DNA of 64,000 bases from contig SMSO01000031.1 of NCBI GenBank assembly GCA_004764695.1, forward strand, positions 8,910,761 to 8,974,760, given 5' to 3'. The notes beneath the pieces are model-generated. The model worked only from the letters and a program-made list of their open reading frames with translations. It had not been told where the DNA came from and did no database searches. Positions 23,422-35,568 of this stretch are shown piece after piece. A program made the position numbers and the translations under genes. Numbering within the stretch: position 1 is the stretch's first letter; each line of letters opens with the position of its first letter. Origin of the DNA: Schizochytrium sp. TIO01. Lineage: Eukaryota; Protista; Bigyra: Labyrinthulomycetes.

Positions 23422-24348
23422 CTGATGATAATACTCTTCAACACGATTGACGTGCAATAAGCCCTGTTCTTCCACATGGCCGGGCGCCAGGCTCCACAAA
23501 GCGGGCCCCGCAGCATGCTCCACTGCGGGTCGAACGCCAAGCTGGTGCTGGTGCTGCACGAGGAGCTCCTGCTGCTGCTGGTGCTGCTGGTAGAGGTTCT
23601 GCGAAACGGGCTGCAGGTGCTGCACGGGGTTCGGGTTCCCGCTCTCCGAGTAGTACAGCTCGTGTTGGCGCGGCTCATAGAAGAACTGCTGCTGGTGCTG
23701 CTGCTGCTGATACTGCTGATGCTGGTGCTGAGGCGAGTTCTGGCGGGCTTCAAACTGGGAATGAACCTCGAACTGGGAATGATGCTCAGGAGGTAGTTGG
23801 TGCTGCTGGTGCTGCTGCTGCTGTTGCTGATGAAGGTAGGCGTCCTGCAGAAGCGGTGCTTCGTACTGTTGTGGCGGCAAGAACTCCGGCTGCGCAGGTC
23901 CCAGGTGCACTGCATGAAGACGTTGCTCGAGGTCCTCCATGACGCCGCCATGACGCGGTACGGGCTGGACCTGCTGAGGCTGGTGGTAGTATTGGGCGTG
24001 AGCCTGCTGTTGATGCTGGTGCTGGTGCTGGTGCTGGTATCGCTGGCGTGATCTTCGCGATGGCTGCGGCTGCGGTTGTTGCTGCTGCTGCTGCTGCTCC
24101 GGTCGCGTGGCCTCTTGGCGAGAGCGGCGAGCCCTTGTCATGAGCGGGCGCCCAGTTTCTCCGTTTTTTCCGATGGGTGCTTTCTGTGCCATTCCCGCAG
24201 CCTTCCTCGAGTGAGCCCTGCTACTTGCCCCTGTGCCTTGTACCAGACCCGGTGTCTGCGTCTCTTTCCTCCTCCGCTGACCCCCAAGAACCAGCCCGGC
24301 ACCCTCAAGGAACTGCCGAGGTGACTTGCCCGAGCGCTTCGAGACCAT
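21727..24348 (-). CDS. Q/H-rich low-complexity protein (873 aa) with small C-terminal predicted folded region
   Basis: Long ATG-initiated GC-rich ORF with many polyQ/QH tracts. The last ~125 aa have ordinary composition (KSVVFAESVKTYD...KKYVDRMIRDF). No family recognised. Confidence 0.7.
22249..22332 (-). repeat. Uninterrupted (CAG)28 encoding polyQ
   Basis: 84 nt of perfect ctg repeats on the + strand. Confidence 0.95.
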
Positions 24349-24441
24349 CCTGCCTTTATCCTGTTCTTGTCTCTTTATAGTGCGTCAAAGAGTGTATGTA
24401 TGTATTCTCCTGCTCGCAGTTCCGGCTGCGTTGTTGCTGCC

Positions 24442-24444
<3 letters not shown>

Positions 24445-24480
<36 letters not shown>
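24445..24480 (-). repeat. (CAG)12 upstream of the polyQ gene start
   Basis: gct repeats about 100 nt upstream of ATG 24348. An in-frame stop separates them from the CDS. Confidence 0.9.
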
Positions 24481-24482
<2 letters not shown>

Positions 24483-24782
24483 GGCTGCTGCTGGCCGGGA
24501 CTCGCGTCTGGGCAGCGAGGCACTGGCTCTGGCTGAGGCTTGGCTTGGCCTGGCCTGGCCTGGCTGATCTCTGGAGCGAGCGAGCTAGCTAGATAACTAC
24601 AGTCAATGCTCGACCCCTGTTGCTGCTGCCTTGGGGTCAGGACCGCAAGCGATGGCGGGCGGTCTGCAGGCAGTTGAGGCGGGGAAGCGGCCGTAGCTTA
24701 GCTTGCGGATTCGGTGTGCCTGCGCAGCCTCGGCCTGCGACCAGGCGGAGCTCGTCTCAGCCGATTGAGGCGGCACGAAATA

Positions 24783-24866
24783 AATGAATGAATGATTGAA
24801 TGAATGAGCGTCTGAGTGAGTCTATGTTTTCTTCTTTCTCGACGATCGATCGATCGATCGATCGAT
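24783..24866. repeat. (TGAA/TGAT/TGAG)n array followed by self-complementary (CGAT)6
   Basis: aatgaatgaatgattgaatgaatgag..., then cgat six times at 24843-24866. Confidence 0.85.
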
Positions 24867-27194
24867 TTATTTGAACGCGGTTTCGGTCGATCGATGTGCC
24901 ATAAAAGTTTCTTTTACCCTCCCCTGTTCCCTTAATGACTAGTATAGTATCCCCTAACCAGGGCGCTTCTTACTTTCTCCTTTTAAATCTTGAACACAAA
25001 TTGAAAGATAAGTTTTAAAACTGTTTTACTTTCTAAAGTTGGTAGATCTCCCACATCAATAACAAATGCAGTAAAGGGGGGAACCGCAAAAAAACAACGT
25101 TTTGTTCACTTTACTGGCTCAAGTGAAAACGTTTTCTTTTCTTTTTTCCAAAGTAAATCAATAATTAATAAAAAAATAAAAAAAAAAATGAAATGCTGCC
25201 ATCTGCTTACAAAGAATTAATTCATCACTCATCTGCGCATGTTTTGTGAGACAGAAGAACTCGAAGAACCAGCCACAGTCTGATGAAGACCATCCTTCGC
25301 TTTGCGGCTTCGAAGGTCCATTTTCAGGCCGCAGGTAAGTGCTTTGAAGCCTGCCACTTTCAGTACACCCTATCGTCCCATCGCTCTGATGACTCTGCGC
25401 AGCGGCTCAAACGAGTTATTGGCACAACCGTATCCTCGCTGGCTACAATCTCTTTCAAGGTGGCGCTACGCTGCTGGTTCTTCATGTGCGCTAGTCACTG
25501 CCTAAGGCTCCGCTAGAGTTCCAGGTGGAGTCTTCTTTTCAAGTCGCGCGAAAACCCAATCACTCGTTGGTGAACCTATCCTCGAAGGAACTAGTGGACG
25601 CCAATATTGACTTGTCGATGGATGAAAACTCGTCGCGCTTACTTTGGGTGCTTGCTTCAATGAAGCTTTCATGAGCCTTTCATCAGTCTGTCTCAATCAT
25701 GCGCATTATTCAAGTTCGATCATAAGTTCTTACTGCAGAGCGATTTTCACATTATATGTATTTAGTTCTTTTTAATTTAAATTTTAGAGTATGGCTACTA
25801 GTACTAACTTAGAAGTTCAAAGATTGATTGATTAAATCCACCTAAAAGAAGTAAAACATCAATCCCTACTCCTAACACTACGACTTCTACTAAACTTACT
25901 ACTTCTACTGATCGTGTGCAATACAACAATAGAAATCAACTCCAGTGTCCCTTCCAAAAGTGTGAAAGTGTTCGCCTGCTCGAGGTTTTGACTCAGCAAA
26001 GAGGGCGAGGCAGCTACTAGGGCTCACCTATGCGATTGGGTAGGAGATGGGATTTGAAAAACCGGAGCGAGGGGCCTAGTAGGTAGATAGATCCTTGTAG
26101 GAGGTCAAGTTGTTCTGTCTGTTCTGTCTGTCTGTTTTCCATGCATTGAGCGATGTCGATGCTCTGATTGATTTGGAGATTGGGCCGATGTTGAGGCGCT
26201 GGTGAATGGGTGGTTTGATCCGTTTGGAGGGCCTTCAAAGCTCTGATTTGGCGGCTAAAGGCCGGCTTTCTCAGGAAAGCAGGCTTTCTTGCCGCAAAAC
26301 AGGCTTCCTTGTTTGCTGCTGCATGCTTTACAAATTAGAATTGCTGATTTATAATCGTTCTATTTTGCTTTTCCTTTTTCCTTCTTCAACTCGAAAGAAG
26401 AAAGAAAGTAAGTAAGTAAGATAGGGTACATAGCTGAGGCTACCTCTTTTTTTTCCTCTTTTTTTTTTTTTTTTTTTTTTTTTCCTTCCATGTTATTCTA
26501 GCTAGCTCGTTTCTTTTTCGCGGTAGGTAACGAAGGGCAGGATTTTCTCTTTTACTTTCGAAGGGTGCAATGCGAACGGACGCAGCACCGCTTGAAAACG
26601 AGAGGGCCTTTCGGTGCCGGTTTGGAGGAGTTTCTTGGCCTTTGCCCATACTCGCATCGTGAAGCGATCTCTTCGAGGCGTGCGAAAGAAGGCCAAAGCC
26701 GCACGTTGATGCCAAGAGGCCGCCGCAGCAGAGAGTCGAGGCGGCGTTGGCCTCCCTCGTTCTCCTCGCCGGTTCTTCGAGCCTCGAGCTGTTTAGTATC
26801 CAGTGTCTTTGATTTGAATTCAAGTTACTAGGCTAGTTTTTTAAGTCAATAAACAAATAAATAAATTAATAAATTAATTAAAATTAAAGAACTATACAAT
26901 CGATCATTTTTATTATTATTTTCTTCTCTTTTCTTCTCTTTTCTTTTCTTTTCGTTCTTTAATTGGCAAATCAGCAGCATATATCATCGGCACTCGAAAT
27001 AACTCACAGAACACGCCCCTCGTTCATACTCTGGGCGGGCTCCCTCCCATCTATCTAGTATATCTGACCTCGATAGGTGGTTAATTAGTCAATGATTGTT
27101 TTATTATTATTTTCGATCTCCGGAGGAGGTGTAATATAAAATAAAATAAAAACTTTAAAAACTGCACTAAACCATGGCATTATGCGGATTCCTG

Positions 27195-27257
27195 TTTATT
27201 TGTTTGTTTCTTTGTTTATTTGTTTGTTTCTTTGTTTGTTTCTTTGTTTCTTTGTTT
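27195..27257. repeat. Degenerate (TTTG/TTTC)n microsatellite
   Basis: tttatttgtttgtttctttgtttatttgtttgtttc... read directly. Confidence 0.85.
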
Positions 27258-28266
27258 GGCTCCTTCGAAGCTAGGAAAAGTCCTGGGTTGGCTTGGAAAT
27301 GACCGCCGCTCTCGAGGCAGATACTTCGACTGCCACGACCGCCTTCGCAGGAATCTCGAGCGAAGAAGCGGCTTAAGGCGGAGGCGCTTCTTGAGCAGCT
27401 TCTCAAACCCAACATTTCCAAGCTGCGCTTCACTTTTGAATGCGCTGACGATGTTTTAAACTCACTCATCACAGCAGTTCTCCCAGTTTTACTTTCTCTT
27501 TTGTTGGATCTAAAGCAGTATTAACCGCGCATAATGGTTTCTGGTCATGATGATCAAGTGTGAGCAAGTCGCGGGTCAGGAACTTAATCCCCTGCTCCTT
27601 CCTTTAATAAAAGTTCGAGAGAGATAGTAGTTTTAGGGCGACTGTCATATTTAGCCTCCTAAGCTATACAGTAGGGGGGTCAGGAGGGCACGCGGGGCGG
27701 AGGACGGACACCGCTCGTTCGACGTGGAGTGGGTTGCAATTTAAAATTCTCCCGCGAAGTCCCTGTGTACCTCCTTCCTGAAAAGGAAGCAGACCAGCGA
27801 GAGGCAGACAGGGTAACCTATTCCCCTAAGCTGATACCACGTACTATAGTTTGATGTGAATATTGGCCTCGAGAATAGCTCTATCACAAGACACAGTATC
27901 AAAACGTTGCACAAGAACAAGAGGTGTCACCTCTACTTGATAGAGCAAGGGGAAGTGTTGCTCTTGTCCACTTTAAAGTGCCTCCTTTCACTTATGAGCT
28001 GATGTAATGTTATTTCTTGATATCATAGATATAGGGTCCTACTAGCACTAAAGATGTTTTTCTCTTCAAGCTCTTTTTTTCTTTCCATTAATAAGTAAAT
28101 TTGTTCAGTTGCCCGCCTTCGAAATGGAGAAAGAGGAGGTATTAAATTTCAAGACTCGGAAGGGCTCTTCTTCCAAAGTACCTACTCTTTTGGAAGATAG
28201 GTCATCTGTTTAGAAACAAGACCAGGAGTTACGCGCCCTTCGAGTTGCTTCAACATCATAGACAAT

Positions 28267-29333
28267 CTATACCTTCTGTAGATTAGAAGCCGTATCTTCC
28301 CTCGCCGCAAGCGTGTCGAAGCAAAGCTTTCGAAGGCTTTCTGTATCAGCAACTAAAGTTTCAGAGCGAAGGAGGACAGCTTTCACATATTTCTGCACAC
28401 CATCTCTGTTTGAAGGAGTTCCGGAGGCCAAAGGATCCCAAGTTGGTCGCTTTGCTTCTTCTGTCTCTAGCAGAACTGCCGAGGCGGTGAGCGAGTAGTG
28501 ACTCAGCGTTTCCACAGCGGGCCGGAGCTGTGGGAAAGTTCTCCCCGCATCTGCCTGGGGTGTGGGTCACCCTGGAGTTCTGAGAGCGCTGTGCTCATCG
28601 AATCGCAGCGTTCATTTGCTTCGATGGCTTCTTCTTCGCCCTCTTCTTCGCTCATTGACAGCCTCAAAGACCTTTCTGTGCGAAGCGAAGAAGAAGAAGG
28701 CGCAAGCTCTCGCTCAGACGGGAGCACAAAATACGCGCTGTCGAGTGCTGGCTGCATTCGAATTTGCAGGTAGGTTTCCCTGGAGCGCAGCGAGAGCGTT
28801 CGGAGACAGCTTTGAGGCGCAGAAGCTGTAGCTCAAGGCTGTGAGAGCGGTTCGCGAAGTCTGCCGAAGTTTGAGCCGGAGCGGTGCTGCAGAAGGCCAC
28901 GCCGGTGTGGGCATCGATGGGCTTCGAGCGAGTTTTTGGCTTACAGCTTCCCTGCACAGAGCTTACAGGGAAGCACACCATATTGTGGAGCCGCCGTAAG
29001 CACGGGTTCTGCGTGCGGCTTCAACACAGCAGTGCTGTGTTAGGGCCTCAAGGAAGCTATTCCCTCGAGGCAGGGCGTCGATCAGAGGTTGCTGCCGCTT
29101 CCCTGGAATCCGGTCGAATGTTTGCTTCCTTGTCGAGGTGGCTTGGAAAGTCGTTGTGCTGTTTGTTGTTTGTAACAACCGGAAGAAGTTTGCGTGCTGG
29201 CCATCGACGGCCATGGGAAACGTAAGGAGGAAGCGTTGAGGATAGATGCAAGTGTCATGGAATTACTCAGTGGCCTGCACGAAGGACTGGCCTGGACAAA
29301 ACAATAAATCAAACGGCATCGCGCAGCTGCCAT
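28267..29333 (-). pseudogene. Possible decayed or frameshifted gene of unknown family
   Basis: GC-rich island where protein-like segments (LELQLLRLKAVSE; SMSEEEGEEEAIEANERC; VQKYVKAVLLRSETLVADTESLRKL) follow one another in different minus-strand frames. No homology recognised. Confidence 0.25.
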
Positions 29334-29560
29334 TTATGGATCAGCACGAGGAGAAGCCAAGGGCTTGCTTGCTTGCTTGCAAGTCCATTCTCTGTGCGCT
29401 CCACGATTCTCAAAGGGAAAAGACGTGGGATGAACCTCGCAATATGAGGTTCTAACGCGACGTAGGTTTTCTAGCACCTCGCGATTTTAAGTCGCATTTG
29501 TTATTGTTCTCTAACTTGAACATTAATTTTTTTTCTTCTCTCCCTCTCTCTCTCTGTTTG

Positions 29561-29580
29561 AATAATAATAGTAATTAATA

Positions 29581-29615
<35 letters not shown>

Positions 29616-29650
29616 TAATTATTATTATTATTATTATTGTTGTTGTTGTT
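29561..29650. repeat. (AAT)n/(ATT)n inverted microsatellite containing a 44-bp perfect palindrome (29595-29638)
   Basis: Pairing checked base by base around the centre at 29616/29617. Confidence 0.9.
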
Positions 29651-30468
29651 AGTTTTAAAATTTCAAAACATTTATACCTCTATATACACTCACTTTATTC
29701 AGCTTTCCTTTAAAATATTAAGAAGAAGAAGAAGAAGAATCAGTTATTTAATTTTTAAAAGATAGCTGAAAAATTTCTGACTAGAATTTTGACCATGAAT
29801 AGGAAGGAACGCAAAATAAAACTTATTCTGTTGGGAGTCAGCGAATAGCTTGCTATTAGCGGCTCAAGTCTATCGAGGCAGGTACGTTGCTGGCTTGAGA
29901 CTTGAGGTAGCACAAAATAAATTGTTTGGTTCATGCCGTCGTATTCAAGTTACATTCCTGCAATAAACTGCCATTTTTATTTTTATTTTAAAAATAAATA
30001 AAGCATAGTTAGAGTGTGGTTGGTAGCATTGAAGTTTCGATGGCAGAATCAGCATACGGCATTCTGTTCTTGCTTCAGCAACTTACAAGAGCTGCCACGC
30101 TTGATTTCTTTTTTGAAAAGAAAAGAGAGGAGAGAGAAGGATGGATGTGTTTTTGCCAATAGGGTTGATTGGCTCATGGCGAATTGCAACTGCAGCTGTT
30201 GACCTACCTGTATCTAGGATCAAAATCATCAGCGGCGTCAAGATCCATAGTCAACACACCCCAAACGCTGATGATGGACAACTTTTAGATGGATGACGCG
30301 ACGCTTACGACAGGAGGAGGGGTGTTTGAAGGCCACGAAGCATATAGCACCGACTCCAACACTATCTTTGATGCAATCTATCAGGACTAGTGTCGAAATA
30401 AACAGCAGAGTTATGTTTTAATACTACATATAATGGTAGGCTACTTTGTTTTACTAAAATAATCTGTT

Positions 30469-33400
30469 TCAATTTGTAGCCTTGATGTCTCTTTTTTTGG
30501 CATCCGCGGCAGCGACAAGCACAGCATCGGGTTCCACTCTAGTTCTACTGATGGAACTCCCCCGTGCCTTCAAAGTACTCCCTGAAATGTCGTATGGGTA
30601 TGAATTGTCATTCGAGACAGCACGTAATTTACAAGAATATTGAGGAGGATCCTCATCCTCATTTGTTTCTGGTTCGAGACGACGAAGTTGAGCTTTATCA
30701 ACATTCGACGGCGCCCGCATCAGCACTTCGAGCGTACGGAGATAAGGAATTATATATGACTCGCGGTTCGAACAGAAACGAAAGTAAAACTCCTCTGCAA
30801 AACGTATATAGCCAACCCATAGCGCTACAATATTCCACTGGAAAAGCATCAAAACAAGTGTACATGCAATGAGTAAAGCAATCACTGTGCGTGTCAGTAA
30901 AGGCACAGAAAAATTAGCAATGTTGCTCGCCCGCTCAAAAATTGACGCCGTCACCTCTAAAATTTCTTGTACATGTTTGCCAATCCGAAACATTAAACGC
31001 GCTTGTTCAGACCATGACTTGTGCATAGCAAAGTCCCCTTCTGGCAAAGCAGCATTAAGAGAATCTTGCATACCATGAACACCCCGCTTCATGGCTGATG
31101 CTAGACTTGCCAAAGAGGCTAACGGGTTCGATTTCGAAGAGCGCTTACTGCTGCGCCTTCTCCCATTATATTTGTTGTCACTATCTGCGTCCACAACCTC
31201 TACTTGCTCGCTATTTTTGTCGTGAATTTCAAAGGATTCATCATCTTCTTTGTCTGAAGATTGACCCGCTTGCCGACTAGGGAAGAAGAACTTGTTGCCG
31301 CTCTCTTCACCGCTACTTGTACTTCCACTCCGGCTAGCAACAATAGCGTCCGCACCTTTGGGTGCAGCCCTTAACAGAAAACGGTGTGGAATCGACAAAT
31401 GTGCATCACTCACCACTCGTTCCTGTGAGGGAGTCTTTTTAGTACTATCAGAGAGGACATCTCGCGAAATCCACTCGATGCCCTCAAAGTCGCTATCCAC
31501 ATCATCATCTAGATCAAAATCTTCTATTGCAGAGCGCAGAGCTGCCCGGGAGCTCTCTTGATCGGTAAGACCTGGGCGCACTTCACCACCTTCCTCTACA
31601 GTTGTCTGAGCCATGTCCAAATTCATGAAATTATACATGCCAATAAGCAAAAGACCAGACAACGGAATCATCCACGCACGGAAGTATAAACAAAAAATAG
31701 TCCACATCAATATGGCGATGAGAGTATGATGCAATTCTCCGCGCCAGCTTATCAGACGGTTCAGTGTAATAAGCACACGAAGAGTAAACAAAATGAACGG
31801 TTCATTGCGGTTGAAAGCATTAATCAAATGGCGAGGTGAAAAACTTGTCTTCTTGCGCATGGGGTCTCGCTCACGAGCGAGAATCAGCCCAAATGCCGCA
31901 CGCCAAGGTTGATAAGATAGCTCCGCCGCAATCATGAGCTCACCCTGACCGCGTGCAAGGAGGTCCCGAGTCTTTAACGGATACCACCTCATTTGGCCTT
32001 GAAAAGAAGACTCCGGCCCAAATTCAAGCAGAGGAATCCGCACTGCGCCTAAGAAATCTGGTCGACTCATGCGATCGTAGTCATACACTTGCAGATCGAC
32101 ATGTGCATAAACATCCTTTACTGGGAGTTCGAACATGCGATCCCACGCTGGGGTAAGAGTATCATGTTCAACGTGCGTGCGGACGCGTGTGTTGGATAGT
32201 TTTATCTCTACGAAAGGATCAGACTTGCCATCCAGATCAGAGGCTTTGAGGTTCTTTGCACGTACAATGTGCAGGCGCAGCATCCCTACCTCTTGATCGG
32301 TAGTCTGTGGTACTGGTGTGAGAGCTTCATGGCTGCCGAATATAGTCAGATTAATGTTAAGCTGCCCTGCTGGCTTGCCGCCCAAATAAATTGGTAGCCA
32401 AAAGTTCCGCACACTATTGGATGGGAGATCACGAACATCAATTCTCGCCTCGCCCATCTCCTCATTAGCAGAGAACAAATCACGATCCTTGATTTGAAAG
32501 TGTAACCATGTGTCGTCATCCCTGCCGAGAAAAAACTCAAATCGCTGTTTCCACTTAGGGTGCAGGGTACGGTAAATCGTGCGACTTTTTCGATGCATCT
32601 TGTTCAAGCGGATTTTTACATACGGATCACGATGATCTTTACCTCTTTTTGTAACTAGACCATGAGCACGAACCAACTCAACAACCACGGTGCGTTGATC
32701 TGTGTCCTGAATCCACCCGTTCTTGAGATTGTGCGAGTTAAGATCCTCGCGAGGGCGAAAAGCACGCTTAATTCGCATATAGAGCTTACCAGCCTCCTGC
32801 TCATGCTTACGGCGACGCAGCGTAATGACCATATCCTGAAAAGTATCATCCTTTATTTTATACAGAGTCTCAAACCCAACTTCTGCAGAGCCTAAAAAGT
32901 CGTCACAGAAGAAGTCTTTATCGAATACCTCGACTACGAGTGGAATTGATGTATTCTCTGGAACAGGCACAAAGAGTTCCTCGCCATCCCAGCTCGGGTT
33001 CAGTGTCTTCTTTCTCACTGATGATTTCTTCTTTGTGACGCGCCCATGCCGCAGTACCACATATGGATCTGACTTTCCATTGAGGTCTGACGCTGGCAAG
33101 CCTTCTGCTCTCTCCAACTGCACCAGAAAGCCCGGAATATCCTCCGCCTCTTGCTCCTTCTCATCATCTTTGTTTGAATCGGCGTTGGTATTAGGCGGAC
33201 TATCCAAGTCATTACCCTGGTCGTTTCCATGTGATCTGTTGGTGTCGGGCTTATGGATACGTGCGATCTCTTTTGCGTTGCCATGGGTCTTTAGGAAAAC
33301 ACCATCGCGCACGCTTGCCTGACCGTGCTTGAGTACTTCGCTCGCTCGGCGTGGACCTTTGCTGCCCTCTTCCTTCCTCGCTGTCGCTACCGCTCTCGAC

Positions 33401-33808
33401 AGCAAAATTTCCGAAATTATTGGCATTCCCAGATTGATTGTCGTAGTTGTTGTTGTTTTTGTTGTCATTGGGGGTATTGTTCGCAGTCTTCGTTTTAGCA
33501 AGAGCCAACTTTGAAGAGACAGCTTTTCGGTCTTTATAGCTCTCAGCTTCACTTGAGGATGACTCCGACCCCGACCAAAGGTCTGCTGCACGATCCTTGA
33601 TGTCCTCCATGATTTTGCGTCCCTTTCTCAGTCCTCTTCGGAGTCGCCTGCGGAGTCGATGTCTTTCTTCGTGCTGCCCATGGGTTTCCTGAGACTCTCT
33701 CTGGTTGAGACCGTCTTGCTCCTCATCGTGAGCACTGCAAATCTCACGGCCGGCGTTCGAGGTGCCAGAGGTCGCACCAGGCGCCTCGAGGGCGTCCCCG
33801 CTTCCCAT
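30469..33808 (-). CDS. MCTP: Multiple C2 and transmembrane domain protein (MCTP), apparent 1-nt frameshift near 33373
   Basis: Three C2 domains (AEGLPASDLNGKSDPYV; AHGL...RDPYVKIRL; AKNLKASDLDGKSDPFV) precede two hydrophobic blocks typical of the MCTP C-terminus. The likely N-terminus (ATG 33808, MGSGDAL) lies in ORF 33251..33979 and the body in ORF 30469..33591. Confidence 0.88.
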
Positions 33809-35329
33809 GCCAAAACCGCCGCTGACGAAGCAGCAGCAGCAGCAGCTGCAGCAGGGTGCTGCGCGAGGCCCGAAAGCGCTCTGGCGATGCGAACGTATCA
33901 CCTTGAGAAGCACAAATTGAATTTGAATTCTAATTTCGTCTAACTTTTTATTTTTTTTAATTCGAAAAGGGACAATCATAGTCAGTCACAGCGGATCATA
34001 GGTACTGATAAGATTTTACTTTTTTTTTATACAAAGACTTCATTTTGGCTGATTATGGTCAATGTGGTGGCTTGAGGCTAACCAATGACCCTTGCTCTGA
34101 GTGCCTGGTATCCGCCATCACCACATAAGGGTGAGTTTTGACCTAAGCCAAAACTGAAAGCAATTGTATTACCAACCACAGAGTCATAGAGAAGTGGAGA
34201 TGTATATAATCGATATTAACGACGGGTACATAAGTTGATAGTCTTGCGTTCGGATGTTGAAAACCAGACAAAAACTTGTAAGTACATTCCGTGAGACACA
34301 ATCGACCTAGTGCAGGTTATTTGGTGCACAGCAACCAGTTAGTCGAGCGGTAGTCAGAATATGCACGTGAGAAAATGTATAGTTTAAGCTTCATGCAAAG
34401 GGGCTTGTTAATTGAATGTGTTTGAGCGAGTGTGTATCCCCATGGCCAAGGTTCAGATGTATAGGAGAATCCTGAGCCATAGACGACGCGGAGTTTGTTT
34501 TATAGATCAACCTTGATTTCGCATATATATATATATATATGACTTTCTGAGAGGTTTGAATTGTAATGACGGGAGGTTTTTACAAAAGTCAAATGAGGTT
34601 ACCACAGATCTTTCACATTTTATTTCGTGACAGTGTCTTCCGCCATGATGAATGAAATCTATACCAATGAAGCTTAACATCTTTACCAACAGGTAGCAGA
34701 GAACAGGAGGCATTCTGCTGATCAACCAATGATTAGACCTGCCTGGTTCATAAACTTCGTGTCAGATTCTTCAACTTGGCGAACCCCCAACAGCACGGTG
34801 GCTGTTTTGCATTACCAAACGCTAGAGCCCATGTCTTCACCATGTGTCTCACTGTTCCACTGCAACTTCCTTCGTCCAGCCCTGTCCTTTCCCACGCACA
34901 TACCGCGACGAAACACTTGACGAGTAAGAGTACGCACGTTCTTGTCAAATAGAGTCTTGAACTCAAAGTTAGCAAGTGCCGTGCCTGACGATGCTTTCAT
35001 TCTTTGGGACGAAACCAAAGTCACAGCAAGCACACTCGTAGGTAGCCTCTGAGAATGATAGACAAATAAAGGACTCCAAAAATGCTCTTGTATATGAGTT
35101 TTACCCGGTCACGTCGATCGATGTCTCTGGGCCTCACAAGTGGAAAGCAGGAAATTGGCCGTGCATGGGCATCTCTTTTACCGCCTACAGAGGCAGCGAG
35201 CTGGCTAATAAGTTGAGTCCCCAAGTTAGCGACGTGTAATCCAAAGGATGGATAATTTGATGTGAATTGAAAATCGAAAACCGAGTTTGGAATCTGAGTT
35301 TGAGCTTTGTATTATTATATTCTTGAAGA

Positions 35330-35371
35330 AAAAACCAAAAAACTAAAAAAACTAAAAAAACTAAAAAAACT
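35330..35371. repeat. (AAAAAACT)-type tandem repeat about 200 nt upstream of seipin
   Basis: aaaaaaccaaaaaactaaaaaaactaaaaaaactaaaaaact read directly. Confidence 0.75.
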
Positions 35372-35568
35372 TTCAGCTAAAGTTTCTTGTGACCTTGAAA
35401 AATTGAGATTGGGAAAAGATCAGAATTGGAAAACAAATACAGTAAGCGTGATATCTTGCTGCTACCACCGCCGCCACCACCGCTATCGGTGGCAGCGCAG
35501 CGGAGGGTCTTGGCTCTCATTTTAACCCTCTCCCCTCCCCCTCCCCTTTCTACATCTTTTCTTAAGCA

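Noticed and set aside
21734-24592. Poly-L, poly-C, poly-A and poly-S ORFs overlapping the polyQ gene
   Set aside because: They are alternative-frame and antisense readings of CAG/CTG repeats.
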